The notes beneath the pieces are model-generated. The model had not been told where the DNA came from and made no database searches. It saw nothing but the letters and a program-made list of their open reading frames with translations. From Octopus vulgaris (taxonomy: Eukaryota), in the NCBI GenBank assembly GCA_951406725.2, contig OX597843.1:14198001-14262000 (forward strand): a stretch of 64,000 bases of DNA, read 5' to 3'. The position numbers were made by a program, and so were the translations under genes. Of the stretch, positions 26,611-39,500 are shown in pieces (position 1 is the stretch's first letter; the number at the start of each line of letters is the position of its first letter).

Positions 26611-27278
26611 TTTTGCAGCTTTAATAAAAGTATGTGTGTGACCCCCTTCGGTCATGAATGACCATGGGATTGCACCTAGAAAGTTACCCTCCGAGGCACA
26701 AGTCTGGGCAAGGTTTTTTATGGAAGACCAGCAGTTGCCCACACATACCAGCCTCCCCTTTCCACGCCACCGATGTTATCCAAGGGAAAGGCAAAGGGGC
26801 CGATACAGCTTGGCACCAGTGACATCGCAGCTCATTTATTAACGTGCAAGGGGCTGAGCACTCCACAGACATGTGTACCCTTAACGTAGTTCTCGAGGAG
26901 ATTCAGCGTGACACAGAGCGTGACAAGGCTGGCCCTTTGAAATACAGGTAAAAGTATGTATATTATATATATCATCATCATCATTTAGCGTCTGCTTTCC
27001 ATGTTGGATTAGGTTGGACGGTTTAGAACTAGTAAGCTGGGTGGTTGCTCCAAGTTCCATCTGATTTAGCATAGTTTCTGATGCTGCATCATGCCCTTCC
27101 TAATGCTAACCACTCCAAGAGTGTAATGGGTGCTTACAAATAAACACAATGACACACACACACACATATATATATATATTACGGAGATGTACTCACATAG
27201 CAAGTGATTTGATCTGAGATCGTGTGCTGAAACGAAAACAATTGCAGCGTGGAAGGTGTTTGTAAGCCATTTAAGAAA

Positions 27279-27325
27279 TGTCAGTGAACAGGTCGCGGTC
27301 TTAAAGTGACAAAAATATTTTGACA
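27279..27325 (+). ncRNA. Hammerhead-like motif with G3-C8 core (CpG-decayed copy)
   Basis: UGUCA GUGAACA G GUCGC ggucuuaaa GUGAC AAAA AUAU UU UGACA. The sister copy at 57974-58250 retains GCGAC GAAA. Confidence 0.55.
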
Positions 27326-27404
27326 AATTAAACTTAAATGTTGAAGTGAATCGAACAGCTTTTGTGTGTTTCTTAAATGCCTTACAAACACCTTCCACGC
27401 TGCA

Positions 27405-27444
<40 letters not shown>

Positions 27445-27714
27445 ATGATCACGTGACCGACCAGACCATCAGATGTCACAATGCGTTCGCATTGTTTTAG
27501 CCTTCGGATGACGCCACCCCGCTGGCTAAGCAAGCAGGCCAACAGAAGAAAGAGTGGTGAAAGAGTACAGCAAGGATCACCACCCCCTGCTGGAGCCTCG
27601 TGGAGCTTTTAGGTGTTTTCGCTCAATAAACACACGCAACGCCCGGTCTGGGAATCGAAAACACGATCCTATGACCACGAGTTCGCTGCCCTAACCACTG
27701 GGCCATTGCGCCTC

Positions 27715-27754
<40 letters not shown>

Positions 27755-29886
27755 CATATATATACATATATACACATATATATATACACACATAAATATA
27801 CATACATACATACATATAAATATATATATATATAAATATATATATACACATACATACACTTCAATTAGTTCAAACTTGAGGGAAAATTTCTTGAAGAAAA
27901 ACAAAACGTATGTCACTTGACTACGTTTCAAATTCTCCTGAAGATGATGCAACAATACAAAATGACGATGCAACATTTGCAATGACTTCAAACAGGGAAG
28001 AAAACAACAAGAACCAGAAATTATTCATTCTGCCCAGGTTACTAATTCTGCTCTCTCCCCATTCATCCACACACACATATAAATAAGCATATATCATTAT
28101 TATCCCCGTTTAATAACCTTTTCCCAAGCTGATTTCTGGGCCACTTCGATAGCCTGCTCCCCAATATCGACCCATTGTTCCACTTCACTTCCCAGACGAG
28201 TGTTTACTGACCGAAATAGCAGTTATCAGTCATATCCGTCATTACTGAAGCGTGGTGGTCACGAGTGGCTACAACTAATATGAACAACGTGTCCTCCGCA
28301 GTTACGCATTACGTGTAAACAAACATGTGACACAATTATTCATGAGTGAATGCTTCTTTCTCCGGCCACGTCTTCGCCCTTGCTGGCCACGTCCCGCTGG
28401 CCACGTCTTCGTTTGTTACACAATCACCAATGGCAACGGCAGAAATGATTTGAAAACGAAAATAAAAGATGACGTAATTTTCATTGACCAACCAAAAGTC
28501 GCCACGTAATAATTACTTATGTATGGAAGGCGAGACCACCGATATTGGGAAATTTCGTTTTTCTCGGGTCAAGGAGTGGACAGAAAACTATGGAACAACA
28601 CATACACATACACACACGCACGCACGCCCATACACGCACACACACATACCTACATGTATATCTATAATATAAAGTTCAGTTGAAATAAGTACTTAATTTA
28701 TAGTATACTCATCTTGTATATATATATATTAATATATGTATACATAGGAATACAGATTATACATACATGCACACATACAGACACGCACGCAAACACGGAT
28801 CTTTTCGGTTTGACCGGCAGTTTTTAAAAATAATTTCCACGTAACTAAACACTTTTAAACACTTTTAAACCCTAACCCTAAAACAGAGAGAAATGCAATA
28901 GATCGATACTAGGGTCATAATTATGGGTGACAATTTCATATGACACCGCTAGAAAAAACTGCCGGTCAAACGGAAAAGATCCCAAACACATACACACATC
29001 CACACCCACACACACACAAATACTTACATATTTGTGTGTGTGTACTGTGACAACTGGGTAAAGAAGTGCTGAGCTGTAATTGTGGAGGAAAGCAGCAGAA
29101 AGGGTCAGGGTTGGGGAGACGAGGGATGAAGTGGTGAGAAAGGATTTTCACTGCAGAAACGACAAGGAACCAGCAGCTCTGTGGTGATTTGCTATCTCTA
29201 TATATTTATAAGGCAGTCTGTCTGTGTATCTGTCAGGTTGTACCCTCACCCTGACCACAGCTTTCAACCGATTCTGATGAAACTTGACACACACATAGCC
29301 CAATGTCATAATTCAAAACTAACGCAGCGAAAATTTTGAAAAGTTCTCCCAGTTCTGAAAAAAATCGATAAATTCGACATGGGGTTGAGAATCTAAGCTT
29401 ATCATATGCAACACATTTTCCGTTGTAGTTTTCGCGACTTGCAATCGATTTTCACTAAACTCATGGTGAAGCTTAATGTTACCCTAAGAAACTTAATTCT
29501 GACGTTAGTTTTCCATGCACTACCTTACCATCAGAAAAAATCGATAAAATCATGCCATTTTTGGAAATCGCATTCAAATTTTATACATATATATATAGAG
29601 AGAGGGAGAGTTTACGAAAAAAACAAAAGACGAAGACAGGTGGTGTACAAAACAAACAGATGTATTAGTATAACGCTCAGGAATAGAAAAAAGTCTTTTA
29701 TGTTTTGAGCCTATGCTCTTCTACAGAAAGGGACACAGAAAAAAACAAGGAGAAGAGAAACAGGGAGAGAAAAAAATGTGTGTAGGAGCTAATGATCTAT
29801 CATGGCGTCTGACTCCTAGAACTTCAAGACGAACAAAAAGATGTTAAGTATTTTGCCTGGCGTGCTAATGATTCTGCTGTATATAC

Positions 29887-29942
<56 letters not shown>

Positions 29943-29984
29943 ATATAGATAGATAGATAGACAGACAGAGAGACATATAGATAT

Positions 29985-30428
29985 AGTTCTTTATTGGCGA
30001 TGCAGGGCTAAACATAGAAGGGACAAAATACAAAGTAGAGCTTTACATTTTGAGAAGAAGAGAAGGAAAAAAAAGAGGGTAGGGATACTCAATAGGGATC
30101 GTGTATCACAGGAATGTCAATGTAAAAAGGGGAAACAGATTAGGTTTATCCGTGGATAGAAAAGCCTATGGAAAAGACTACGGGAACCTTGGGCAATAGT
30201 GTCGTGCAAAAAGAAAACACATTACAGTAAGTGGCTCTCGTTTTCCTTTCGTTTTTTTTTTTGGGGTGGGGTTCATAGGATCATGCTTAAGGTGGCTTCG
30301 TCATTCATATGTGCCATCCTTGCTACATTCACCCATCTTTTTTCAAAACATTCGCTAGACAAAACTTGCCTTTCTACTTTCACTTTCCTTTTCAAGTGAT
30401 ACTTGAAGAAGTTGATGAGAGATTGACA
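29985..30428 (-). mobile_element. L1/Tx1-type LINE 3' end (tentative clade)
   Basis: QSLINFFKYHLKRKVKVERQVLSSECFEKRW...* followed by a 3'UTR ending in AATAAA-like gccaataaga abutting a microsatellite. Confidence 0.55.
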
Positions 30429-30429
30429 G

Positions 30430-33400
30430 CAATCTGGTATCTTCCATGGTGTTCACGGGGTCCATGGAATTGGTTCCCGACACAAAGAGAGAACTAGTTC
30501 TCTGATGCATACAACTTATTAATCTGCAACACTAACTTCTGGAAGCCAGAGAGCCACCTGATAATCTATCAATCAGGCAACTCTGCCAGCCAGATTGATT
30601 TCATCCTCACCAGACAGCGGGATGCAAGGTTGCTCTTAAATACAAAGACCCTCCCTGGTGCAGAATGTATCCCCCCAGCATGAACTAGTTATTACTGACT
30701 TTAGAATCGAGGCCAGGAGGATACCAAGAAGCAGACCTAACCAGGAAAGAAGCATTTGGAAGCTAAAGAACCCTTCACATGGTCAGAGATTTAAGGACAA
30801 CCTCACTGAAAATTTCATGAGAGGGAGGAGGAGCTACAAACTTCGGACAAAGAGGGTCACTGGAAATTCCTACGGGACAGCTTACTGAGTGCCACAGACC
30901 AAATCTGCAGCTGGTGCAAAGTCCCTTCCAGACCTAGAGTAATGTGGTGGTGGAATAATACAATAGACAAGCCTATTAGAGCAAAGAAACAGGCCTGGAA
31001 AGCCTGGAAGAGTGGGGGTAGCAGGGAACTGTACCAGATAGCCAGAAGGGAATAGGCAACAGGTATACATAACCAGGGAAGAAGCAGAAAAGATGAAGTT
31101 TGCCAATGTTCAGCAACGTATGGACCAAAGAACTGAAGTATTTCGGATTACTAGACAGTGTGTGAGAAAAAATTGTGATTTCACAGGAGAGAAATGTGTC
31201 CGCATGGTGTACTTGCTTTTAATGATTCTGAAAAGAAAAAGGCTTGGCAAAGCCATTATGAAAGACTGCTGAACGTAGAGAATGAATGGGAGGAAGAGAG
31301 CCAGCCAAATGTTGACCCAATAGAGGGACAAGCTACCTGAATAGATAGCACCCTTGTAGATAAAGAAATTAGGGATATGATGTCAGGAAAAGCCCTGACC
31401 CATCAGGAATCATTGCTGAGATGCTTAAAACATCTGGTGGTGTGGGCTACAGCCTAGTCACCCGCATTGTAAACCAGGTAGTTCATGATGGAGTCATACC
31501 CAATGACTGGCGTAGCAGCACCATAGTCAACTGCTACAAGGGTAAAGGTGATGCTCTAGATAGAAATAACTACAGGAGTATCAAACTGCTGGATCAGGTG
31601 ATGAAGGTCACGGAGAAGGTCATAGCCCGTCTCATTAGGGAGAAAATCTGCTTAGATGAGATGCAGTTCATTTTTTTCAGGTAGAAGTACCACTGATGAC
31701 TATAGTCCTGGTATAGCAACTGCAGGAGAAATACCTAGCCAAAGATAAACCCCTATACTTAGCTTTTGTGGACTTGGAGAAAGCCTATGACAGAGTCCCT
31801 TGATCCCTTATCTGGTGGGCGATGCGGGAACTGGGGATTGACGAGTGGTTAATAAGAGCTGTACAGGGATGCCATTAGTAAGGTAAGGGTCGGTAATGAG
31901 TATAGTGAAGAATTCCGGAGAGAAGTAGGGTTTCACCAAGGATTAGCCCTCAGCCCCTCTTATTCATCATAAACCTCCAGGCAACAACAGAGGAATTCAA
32001 GACAGGTTGCCCCTGGGAGCTCCTCTATGCTGATGACCTTGCTCTCATAGCTGATCACAACGAGAACTAGAGAAGAAATTTCAGGTGTGGAAGCAAGGTT
32101 TAGAATCGAAGGGCTTTGGAATCAATGTTGCAAAAACCAAAGTCCTAGTAAGTAGGAAGGCGAACACATCACAAACCCCTTTAGGTAAATGGCCCTACTC
32201 AATCTGTAGGAAAGGTGTAGGTAGAAACTCTATAAGATGTACCCAGTGTAAGCTATGGATGCATAAGAGGTGCAACAACATCAAAGGAAGGTTAAGAAGG
32301 TTAACCGGGAAGATAGCTTTTGTGTGCAGCAGATGCACAGGGGCAATAAACACCACAGATGCTCAGGAAACAGATTCCATCACACTCCAGGAGGAGAAAG
32401 TAGAAATAGTTGATAGCTTCTGCTACCTAGGTGATCAAGTCTGTAGTAGGGATGGATACTCAGAGAGTGTTGCCACTAGAATAAGAACAGCCTGGGCAAA
32501 GTTCAGAAAGCTCCTACCTCTGCTGGTGACAAAGGGCCTTTCACTCATCATGAAAGGCAAATTGTATGATGCCTGTGTGCGAACTACCATGCTACATAGC
32601 AGTGAAACATGAGCCATGTCTGCTGAAGACATGTGTAGGCTTGAAAGAAGTGAAGCTGGCATGAACCACTGGATGTGTAATGTCAGTGTGCACACAAGAC
32701 AGAGTGTAAACGCCCTGAGAGAAATGTTGGGCATCAGATGTGGTGTGCAAGAGAGAGGACTGTGCTGGTATGGTCATGTGCTGCATATGGATGAGGAGAG
32801 CTGTGTGAAGAAGTATCACTCCTTAACAGTGGAAGGAACTCGTGGTAGAGGTAGACCCAGGAAGACATGGGATGAGTTGGTGAAGCATGACCTTCGAATG
32901 TTGGGCCTCAAAGAGGCAATGACAAAAGACCGAGACCTCTAGAGATATGCTGTGATTGAGAAGACCTGGCAAGGAAAGTGAGATCACAGCCATAGCCTAC
33001 ACCAGTGTTGCATAACCAGCCCATTTAAAGAGTACCTTTAAATCATCAGGCAATGCGCTGCTTCTGAGGAGACCTATTGAGTCAAGTAAAGTCAAAATCA
33101 AAATCAAATCACAAGCAAAATGGAAATTGTAGTTGTGGCCAATGCCAGTGTCACCTGACTGGCTCCCCATGCCAGTGGCACGTAAAAAGCACCATACGAA
33201 TGTGGTTGATGCCCCTCCCAACCCTGCACCACGACTGTCTCCTGTGCCAGTAGTACCTAAAAAGCACCATCTGAACGTGGCTGATGCCACTGCCACCTAA
33301 CTGGCTCCCATGCCACTACACTCTTGGAGTGGTTGGCATTAGGAAAGGCATCCAGCCGTAGAAACCTTACCAAATCAGATTGGGACCTGGTGCAGCTCCC

Positions 33401-33472
33401 TAGCTTACCAGGTTTCAGTCAAACCATCCAACCCATGCTAGCAGGGAATACAGACATTAAACGATGATGATA
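30430..33472 (+). mobile_element. Longest RTE family 1 LINE remnant: APE C-terminus, RT, Cys/His insert, 3'UTR, (GAT)n tail; frameshifted
   Basis: SQIDFIL and QHELV (APE end); YKGKGDALDRNNYRSIKLL, FVDLEKAYDRV, LLYADDL (RT); RGRPRKTW. Confidence 0.9.
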
Positions 33473-34019
33473 ATGACTTATACATACACATACACACATA
33501 CATGCACACGCACATACATACGCACATACATACATGCATACAGGCAGACAGACAGACGCAGTGAGAGGGAGAGAAAGAGAGACAGATGGAGAGACAGACT
33601 ATGCAGCAGTAATGGATATCTATTTCTTTACTACCCACAAGGGGCTAAACAACAAGGACAGGCAAACGGATTAAGTCGATTACATTGACCCCAGTACGTA
33701 ACTGGTACTTAATTTATCGACCCCGAAAGGATGAAAAGCAAAGTCGACTTTGACGAAATTTGAACTCAGAACGTAACGGCAGATGAAATACCTATTTCTT
33801 TATTAGGGGGCTAAACACAGAGGGGACAAACAAGGACAGACATAGGTATTAAGTCGATTATATCGACCCCAGTGCGTAGCTGGTACTTATTTAATCGACC
33901 CCGAAAGGATGAAAGGCAAAGTCGACCTAGGCGGAATTTGAACTCAGAACGTAGCGACAGACGAAATACCGCTAAGCATTCCGCCCGGTGTGCTAACGAT
34001 TCTGCCAGCTCGCCAGTTT

Positions 34020-34230
34020 AGTAGGAGTTGATATTAGTGTACGAAACTATGACTTTGAAATACGAGATAAAAAAAAAAAAGAAGCAGTCATTCGGCAGTT
34101 TCGTATTCGAACACTTCGTGTTGTTTGTTCCGTTGGTTGTCTTTATTTCCCAGTTGACCCTTAAAAATAAGTCACTCTGTCGAAAACGACAGAATTCTAC
34201 CGACATCCACAGGTTTTCTAATGAAGGTTG
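34020..34230 (+). promoter_or_regulatory. Candidate promoter/first exon of the zinc-finger gene
   Basis: CpG-containing unique segment. ATG AAG GTT G|gtaatt (34221-34236) is a phase-1 donor compatible with the phase-1 acceptor at 45598. Confidence 0.3.
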
Positions 34231-35899
34231 GTAATTCTCCCTTTTTTTTTCTCTCTCATTGCTATTGTTTTATCTCCGATTGAAGCCTTTTCAACTGACC
34301 CCTAATTAGGGGTCAGCATTTGATCAATTTATCGGTTTTGAAGAAACCCTTTCTAACATCGTCACTCATCAATTTACTCTGTTAACAAGGGCCTCTGCGT
34401 TACGTGAGTTATGTGAAAAAAGCGTAGATAACAATACAGGGTATAACTACAGTTTAGCGCCCCAATCGACTTGATTCCTTCATAATTCTTTTCTACTCAA
34501 GGCACAAGGCCCGAAATTTTTGGAGAGGGGGTCAGTCGATTAGATCAACCCCAGTATGCAGTTGGTACTTAATTTGGTCAATATAAAGATCTTCACCCGA
34601 GAACAAAACAAAAAATAATAATAAACCAGCCTGGTGAGTGTTAACAAGTATGTAAAAACGAGCGGGAACTTTTCGGTTTGAACGGCAGTTTTTTCTAGCG
34701 GTGTCATATGAAATTGTCACCCATAATTATGACCCTAGTATCGATCTATTGCATTTCAATCTATTTTAGCGTTAGGGGAAAAGGTGTCTTTTTTTTCTTT
34801 CAGAAATGTAAATAAACCCAATCTGTTTCTTAAACGAGGAACATATTCATACGGCACAGAATGTTTTCATCTCATTGATTGGTTGAAATTGCAGAATTTG
34901 AAGAAAAGGCAACAAATATCTTCCAAACTATAGAATTTTCTCAATAAAGCCAAGAGAAAAAGATGTTTTATAAACACATTCTACCAGTATACCAAGTTTT
35001 AAAATGTTTAGTTAACTAGAAATTATTAAAAAAAACTGCCGGTCAAACCGAAAAGACCCAACGAGCGCGCTGGAGGAGACTTTCGGAAAATTCACAAGAT
35101 CCGATTTTTCCGTCATAACTTCCAGTAAAATGTATATATATTGATTTTTTTTACGGAATCCCACGTTTTTGGTTATAGAGGATCCGATGATGAAAAAAAA
35201 AATCTTTCAAAAAACGCATTTTCGAAATTTCAAGTACTTCACCCCACCCCCTACATCAGAAATAATTATAAAACAATAGAGTAAATATGTTTAATATAAG
35301 TTAAGAAAACCATAACAAGACCTCGGGTGTTTCCGTGACAACTTGACAATTCACTTCGGATATCTTCGTGACCTCCGAAAATTTTCGGATTTTACATACA
35401 CACATGAAGTAGGTAAGAACAAATATGCAGGGCTTTTTGCTGGCATAATTTCGTTATATCTATATTCCACAACACATAACTACCTAAAAACAGAACACGC
35501 ACACTGTCACGGAGGTCACGAAGATATCCGAAGTGAATTGTCGAGTTGACACGGAAACAACCGAGGTCTTGTTATGGTTTTGTCGAGTTAAAACGAAGGA
35601 CCGCCAATGGCAATCTTTCGTTTTGACTCGAGAAAATGTAAACAATGAATTCGGTGGTTTCCGTGACCACATCTTGTCTTGTCAATTGTCAGTTGGGAAG
35701 AGAAAGCTAATGGGTTGTGCGTGCGCGCTTGTTCCTCTGGGTGTGTGTGTGTGTTTGATCCTCTGGGTGTTATTTCTACATTCCACAACATAAATACATA
35801 GACACACGCACACATTTTTTCGAGTCAAAACGAAAGATCACAAAAAATTTTTTTAAGAGTCTTTAAAAATGGTTAAAAAACAAAACACAAAAAACACTT

Positions 35900-36575
35900 T
35901 AATTTTGCTCAAAGCGCTGCCGATGTGGAGAATATACTGCCAACTTTGCCCAAACATTAGCTTCAAGGTTCATCAAAGGCTGGTACCACGGGACATACGT
36001 CCCCTCCCCAATTCAAGATCACAGCATTATGTACACTGCAACATAATTTCTTTCCCTCAACAGGCCCTGCCCTATTTAACATTGTCCCGAAAGAGATCAA
36101 AGAGGAAAAGGATCCCATCAACTTTAAACGGAGTCTGGATAGATTCCTTCAAGGAATACCAGATAAGCACCCATAATTGGATACAACTCACCCAACAAAA
36201 ACTCACTACTTGAATGGACCATAAACAAAACTTGACTTAAACAGGATTTAGATAATCCTAAAGGCGGCGAGCTGGCAGAAACGTTGGTAAGCTGGGCAAA
36301 ATGCTTAGCAGCATTTCCTCTGCCGTTACGTTCTGAGTTCAAATTCCGCCGAGGTTGACTTTGCCTTTCATCCTTTCAGGGTCAATAGATTAAGTACCAG
36401 TTAAGCACTGGGGTCGATGTAATCGACTTAATCCCTTTGCCTGTTCTTGTTTGTCCCCTGTATGTTTAGCCCCTTGTGGGCAATAAAGAAATAAGGATTT
36501 AGATAATCCTATCAGGTGGTGCTATTAAGTTAGGCATGGCCTGGACCAATCTTTAGTCGAAACATATCTAAGTTT
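35900..36575 (+). mobile_element. CR1-group LINE 3' end interrupted by a SINE
   Basis: GPALFNIVPKEIKEEKDPINFKRSLDRFLQGIPDK resembles CR1-group ORF2 C-termini. Confidence 0.6.
36261..36493 (+). mobile_element. SINE family B copy with an 18-bp TSD, inserted in a CR1-group 3'UTR
   Basis: aggatttagataatccta duplicated at 36243-36260 and 36494-36511. Confidence 0.85.
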
Positions 36576-39500
36576 AAAGTAACAGAAAATGTTGATTTGG
36601 TAAGAGAGTCAAGATGTGGGAAGAGAAAGACCTAAAACTGTTCCCCCAAATAATTTTGTTTTTCTAAAAACAAATATCATAATGTACATTCTTGGAAACT
36701 TATATCTGCATATAAAATCAAAGGTGCAGAAATTAAAAGGTATCGTAATCCTGTGGTTGAGTTAGATATCCACGAATCAGGTGCTCCAAAGCAGTTGAAA
36801 GGACGAGGACGGCCCATATGAGTGTGCAGTAAATATCTGCATCTATTTATATATATATATGGTAATCGGAATCGAAATTGAACCAATCCTATGACTGGCA
36901 CCCGGCAGTTGCCAGGACCGCTGGACTGACTCCTGTGCAGGTAGCAAGTGAAGAAACACCATTTTGACCCTGTGCTTGAGGAGATCCATTGAGTCAAGTA
37001 CACCAACATCAAAAAATCAATGGAAACTGCAGTTGTGATCCCTGTGCCGGTGGCACGTAACAAGCACCATCTGAACGTGGCTTCCCAGACCCCAGTCGAA
37101 CCATCCAACCCATGCTAGCATGGAGAACGGACGTTAAACGATGATGATGATGATGATGATGATGATTATCATCCCTGCTCACACTGTTTCCACCAACCAC
37201 CTCCTTGCTAAGTCTCCGTCCACTGATCCCTTTCCTTTTCTATAACACCATTCTCAACACTTAACTGCCCTTGCTCTCTCATCTACCACCTCTCATTACC
37301 ACTTACCACAGCCCTCACCCCCAAACCACTCCTATATCTCTCACTACCACTCATTACATGCACTTCTGCCTCCAACTCCCTCCCTATCCCCCCCCCACCA
37401 TGTCTTAAGATGTTCCAGCATCCCACCTCTCCTGCTGCCTCTTTCTCATCTTTCCAACTCTTCAGTCTCATATCTCTATTACAAGCCATCATCTGAGCTT
37501 GGCTTCTTTCCATCACACCCTAGCATCTCACTGTCCCTTCCCCCTCTCCACCCCTTTTTAGAGAAGGAGGCTTTATCCTTCTCTCCCTCTTTCTTTTTTT
37601 TCTTTCTTCTGTCCTCTTGTTCTTTTCTTTCCTTGCAAGGTACTTGGCACCCCTACTGGTGTTGGTGCCACATAAAAAGCACCCTTTGTACACTGTGTAA
37701 AGTGGTTGGCATTAGGAAGGGTGTCCAGCCATAGAAACCACACCAAAGCTGATACTGGAGCCTGATGCAGCCTTACGGCTTGCCACTATCCTGTCAAACT
37801 GTCCAACCCATGCCAGCATGGAAAAGCAAACGTTAAATGAGGGCAAGGATTTTGATATATTTGTATAATGAATGCAGGTGTAGTGGTGTGATTTTGAGCT
37901 TGCTTCCCAACCACATGGTTCTGGGTTCAGTCCCACTGCATGACATCTTAGATAAGTGGGATCTTTTCCTTTTGAGTGGCAGACAATTTCTAGTTAACTA
38001 AACACTTTTAAACTTTGTATACTGGTAGAATGTGTCAAAATAAAATATTTTTTTCTCTTGGCTTTCTTGAGAAAATTGTAATTTGTTTGTTTAACGTAGT
38101 TTAATTTTTCGAATTTTAACCAATCCTATGCTCTCTTTTGAGCTAAAATCATAAAACTGAGACAACATCCTGTAACTAACCCTAAACCTCCCCCTAACCC
38201 TAACCCTAAATATTTTTTTTCTTAATTGTTAAATTAATTTAATTGTTACATGTGTAAAAAAACTAAAGCAATGGAATTAAATTAATTTAACAATTAAGAA
38301 AAAAAATTTAGGGTTAGGGTTAGAGGGAGGTTTAGGGTTAGTTACAGGATATTGTCTCAGTTTTAGACGCAGCAAATGATTTTAGTTGAATGGAGGTAAT
38401 CGATTGGTTAAAATTGCCGAAATGCTCGGATTTTCAGACGAAATATCTTACAAACTATAGAATTTTCTCAATAAAACCAAGAGAAAATGATGTTTTATAA
38501 ACATATTCTACCAGTATACGAAGTTTAAAAGTGTTTAGTTAACTAGAAATTGTGTTGACATCTGCCATTCAAAAGGAAAAGATCCGACAAGTGTTTTCTA
38601 CTATAAACCCAGGCTGACCAAAACCTTGTGAGTGGATCCAGTAGATGGAAACTGAAAGAAGCCTGTCATATGTACCAGTGCTGGTTTGTGTCTGTTCTCA
38701 TAACTTAGTAGTTTAGCAAAAGAGACAGGCTTAAAAAAAAAAAGCACAAAGGTCAATTTCTTTCACTAAGAACCCTTGCAGGTGGTGCCCCAGCATGGGC
38801 ACAGTCCAGTCACTGAAACTAGTAAAAGAACAATAGATACACATTGCTCTTCCCACTTGTGTGATGGATGTAAACCAGTGTGTCTGCCATAATGCTTGTA
38901 TCCTTCATTTCCAATTTGCTTCAGTGAATCCCGTCTGATCCATGCAGACCTGGAAAAACAGCTCTATTGGGGACAGCTAGGATTTTGAGTGTTTGGATGC
39001 TGAGTATCTCCCACAATATCTAACATCCAAGTACCAAGTCTTATGAGTTGTGGGAAGAGACCCTGTGAGACAGGTGGCTCTCCTCTCTCACAGAGTCAAC
39101 TAGAGCAGGTACACTCGCCTCCTTATGAGAGCTCAAAATCTCTCGTGGAAGCGTCATCCAACCAAAGTACAAATATATGGGAAACTACCACCTGTGTCAT
39201 CTCTTGTGAAAGGTAGGAGAGTCCAGTTTGCTGGACATTGTTGTAGAGCTGAAAAAGAGGTAATTTCTACTCTTCTCCTCTGGAAGCCATCTATAGCAAT
39301 ACCAGAGGGCGCACACTCTCCTACCCTGATGTAATCTCCAGGGATACAGGCATCCAGCAATAGGACCTCCGTAATGCCATGATGGACCGTGAAGTCTGGC
39401 GTAGCATGGTAAATTCCATTGTCTCGACCACGGTCGAACAATGAGGATGAGAACCAGTAAGACCGAGAGCTCTGAGAAGTAAAATGATAAGAATAATAAT

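Noticed and set aside
38170-38345. True telomere or chromosome-fusion scar
   Set aside because: The head-to-head CCCTAA/TTAGGG units are internal to a multi-copy MITE with TIRs and TSDs
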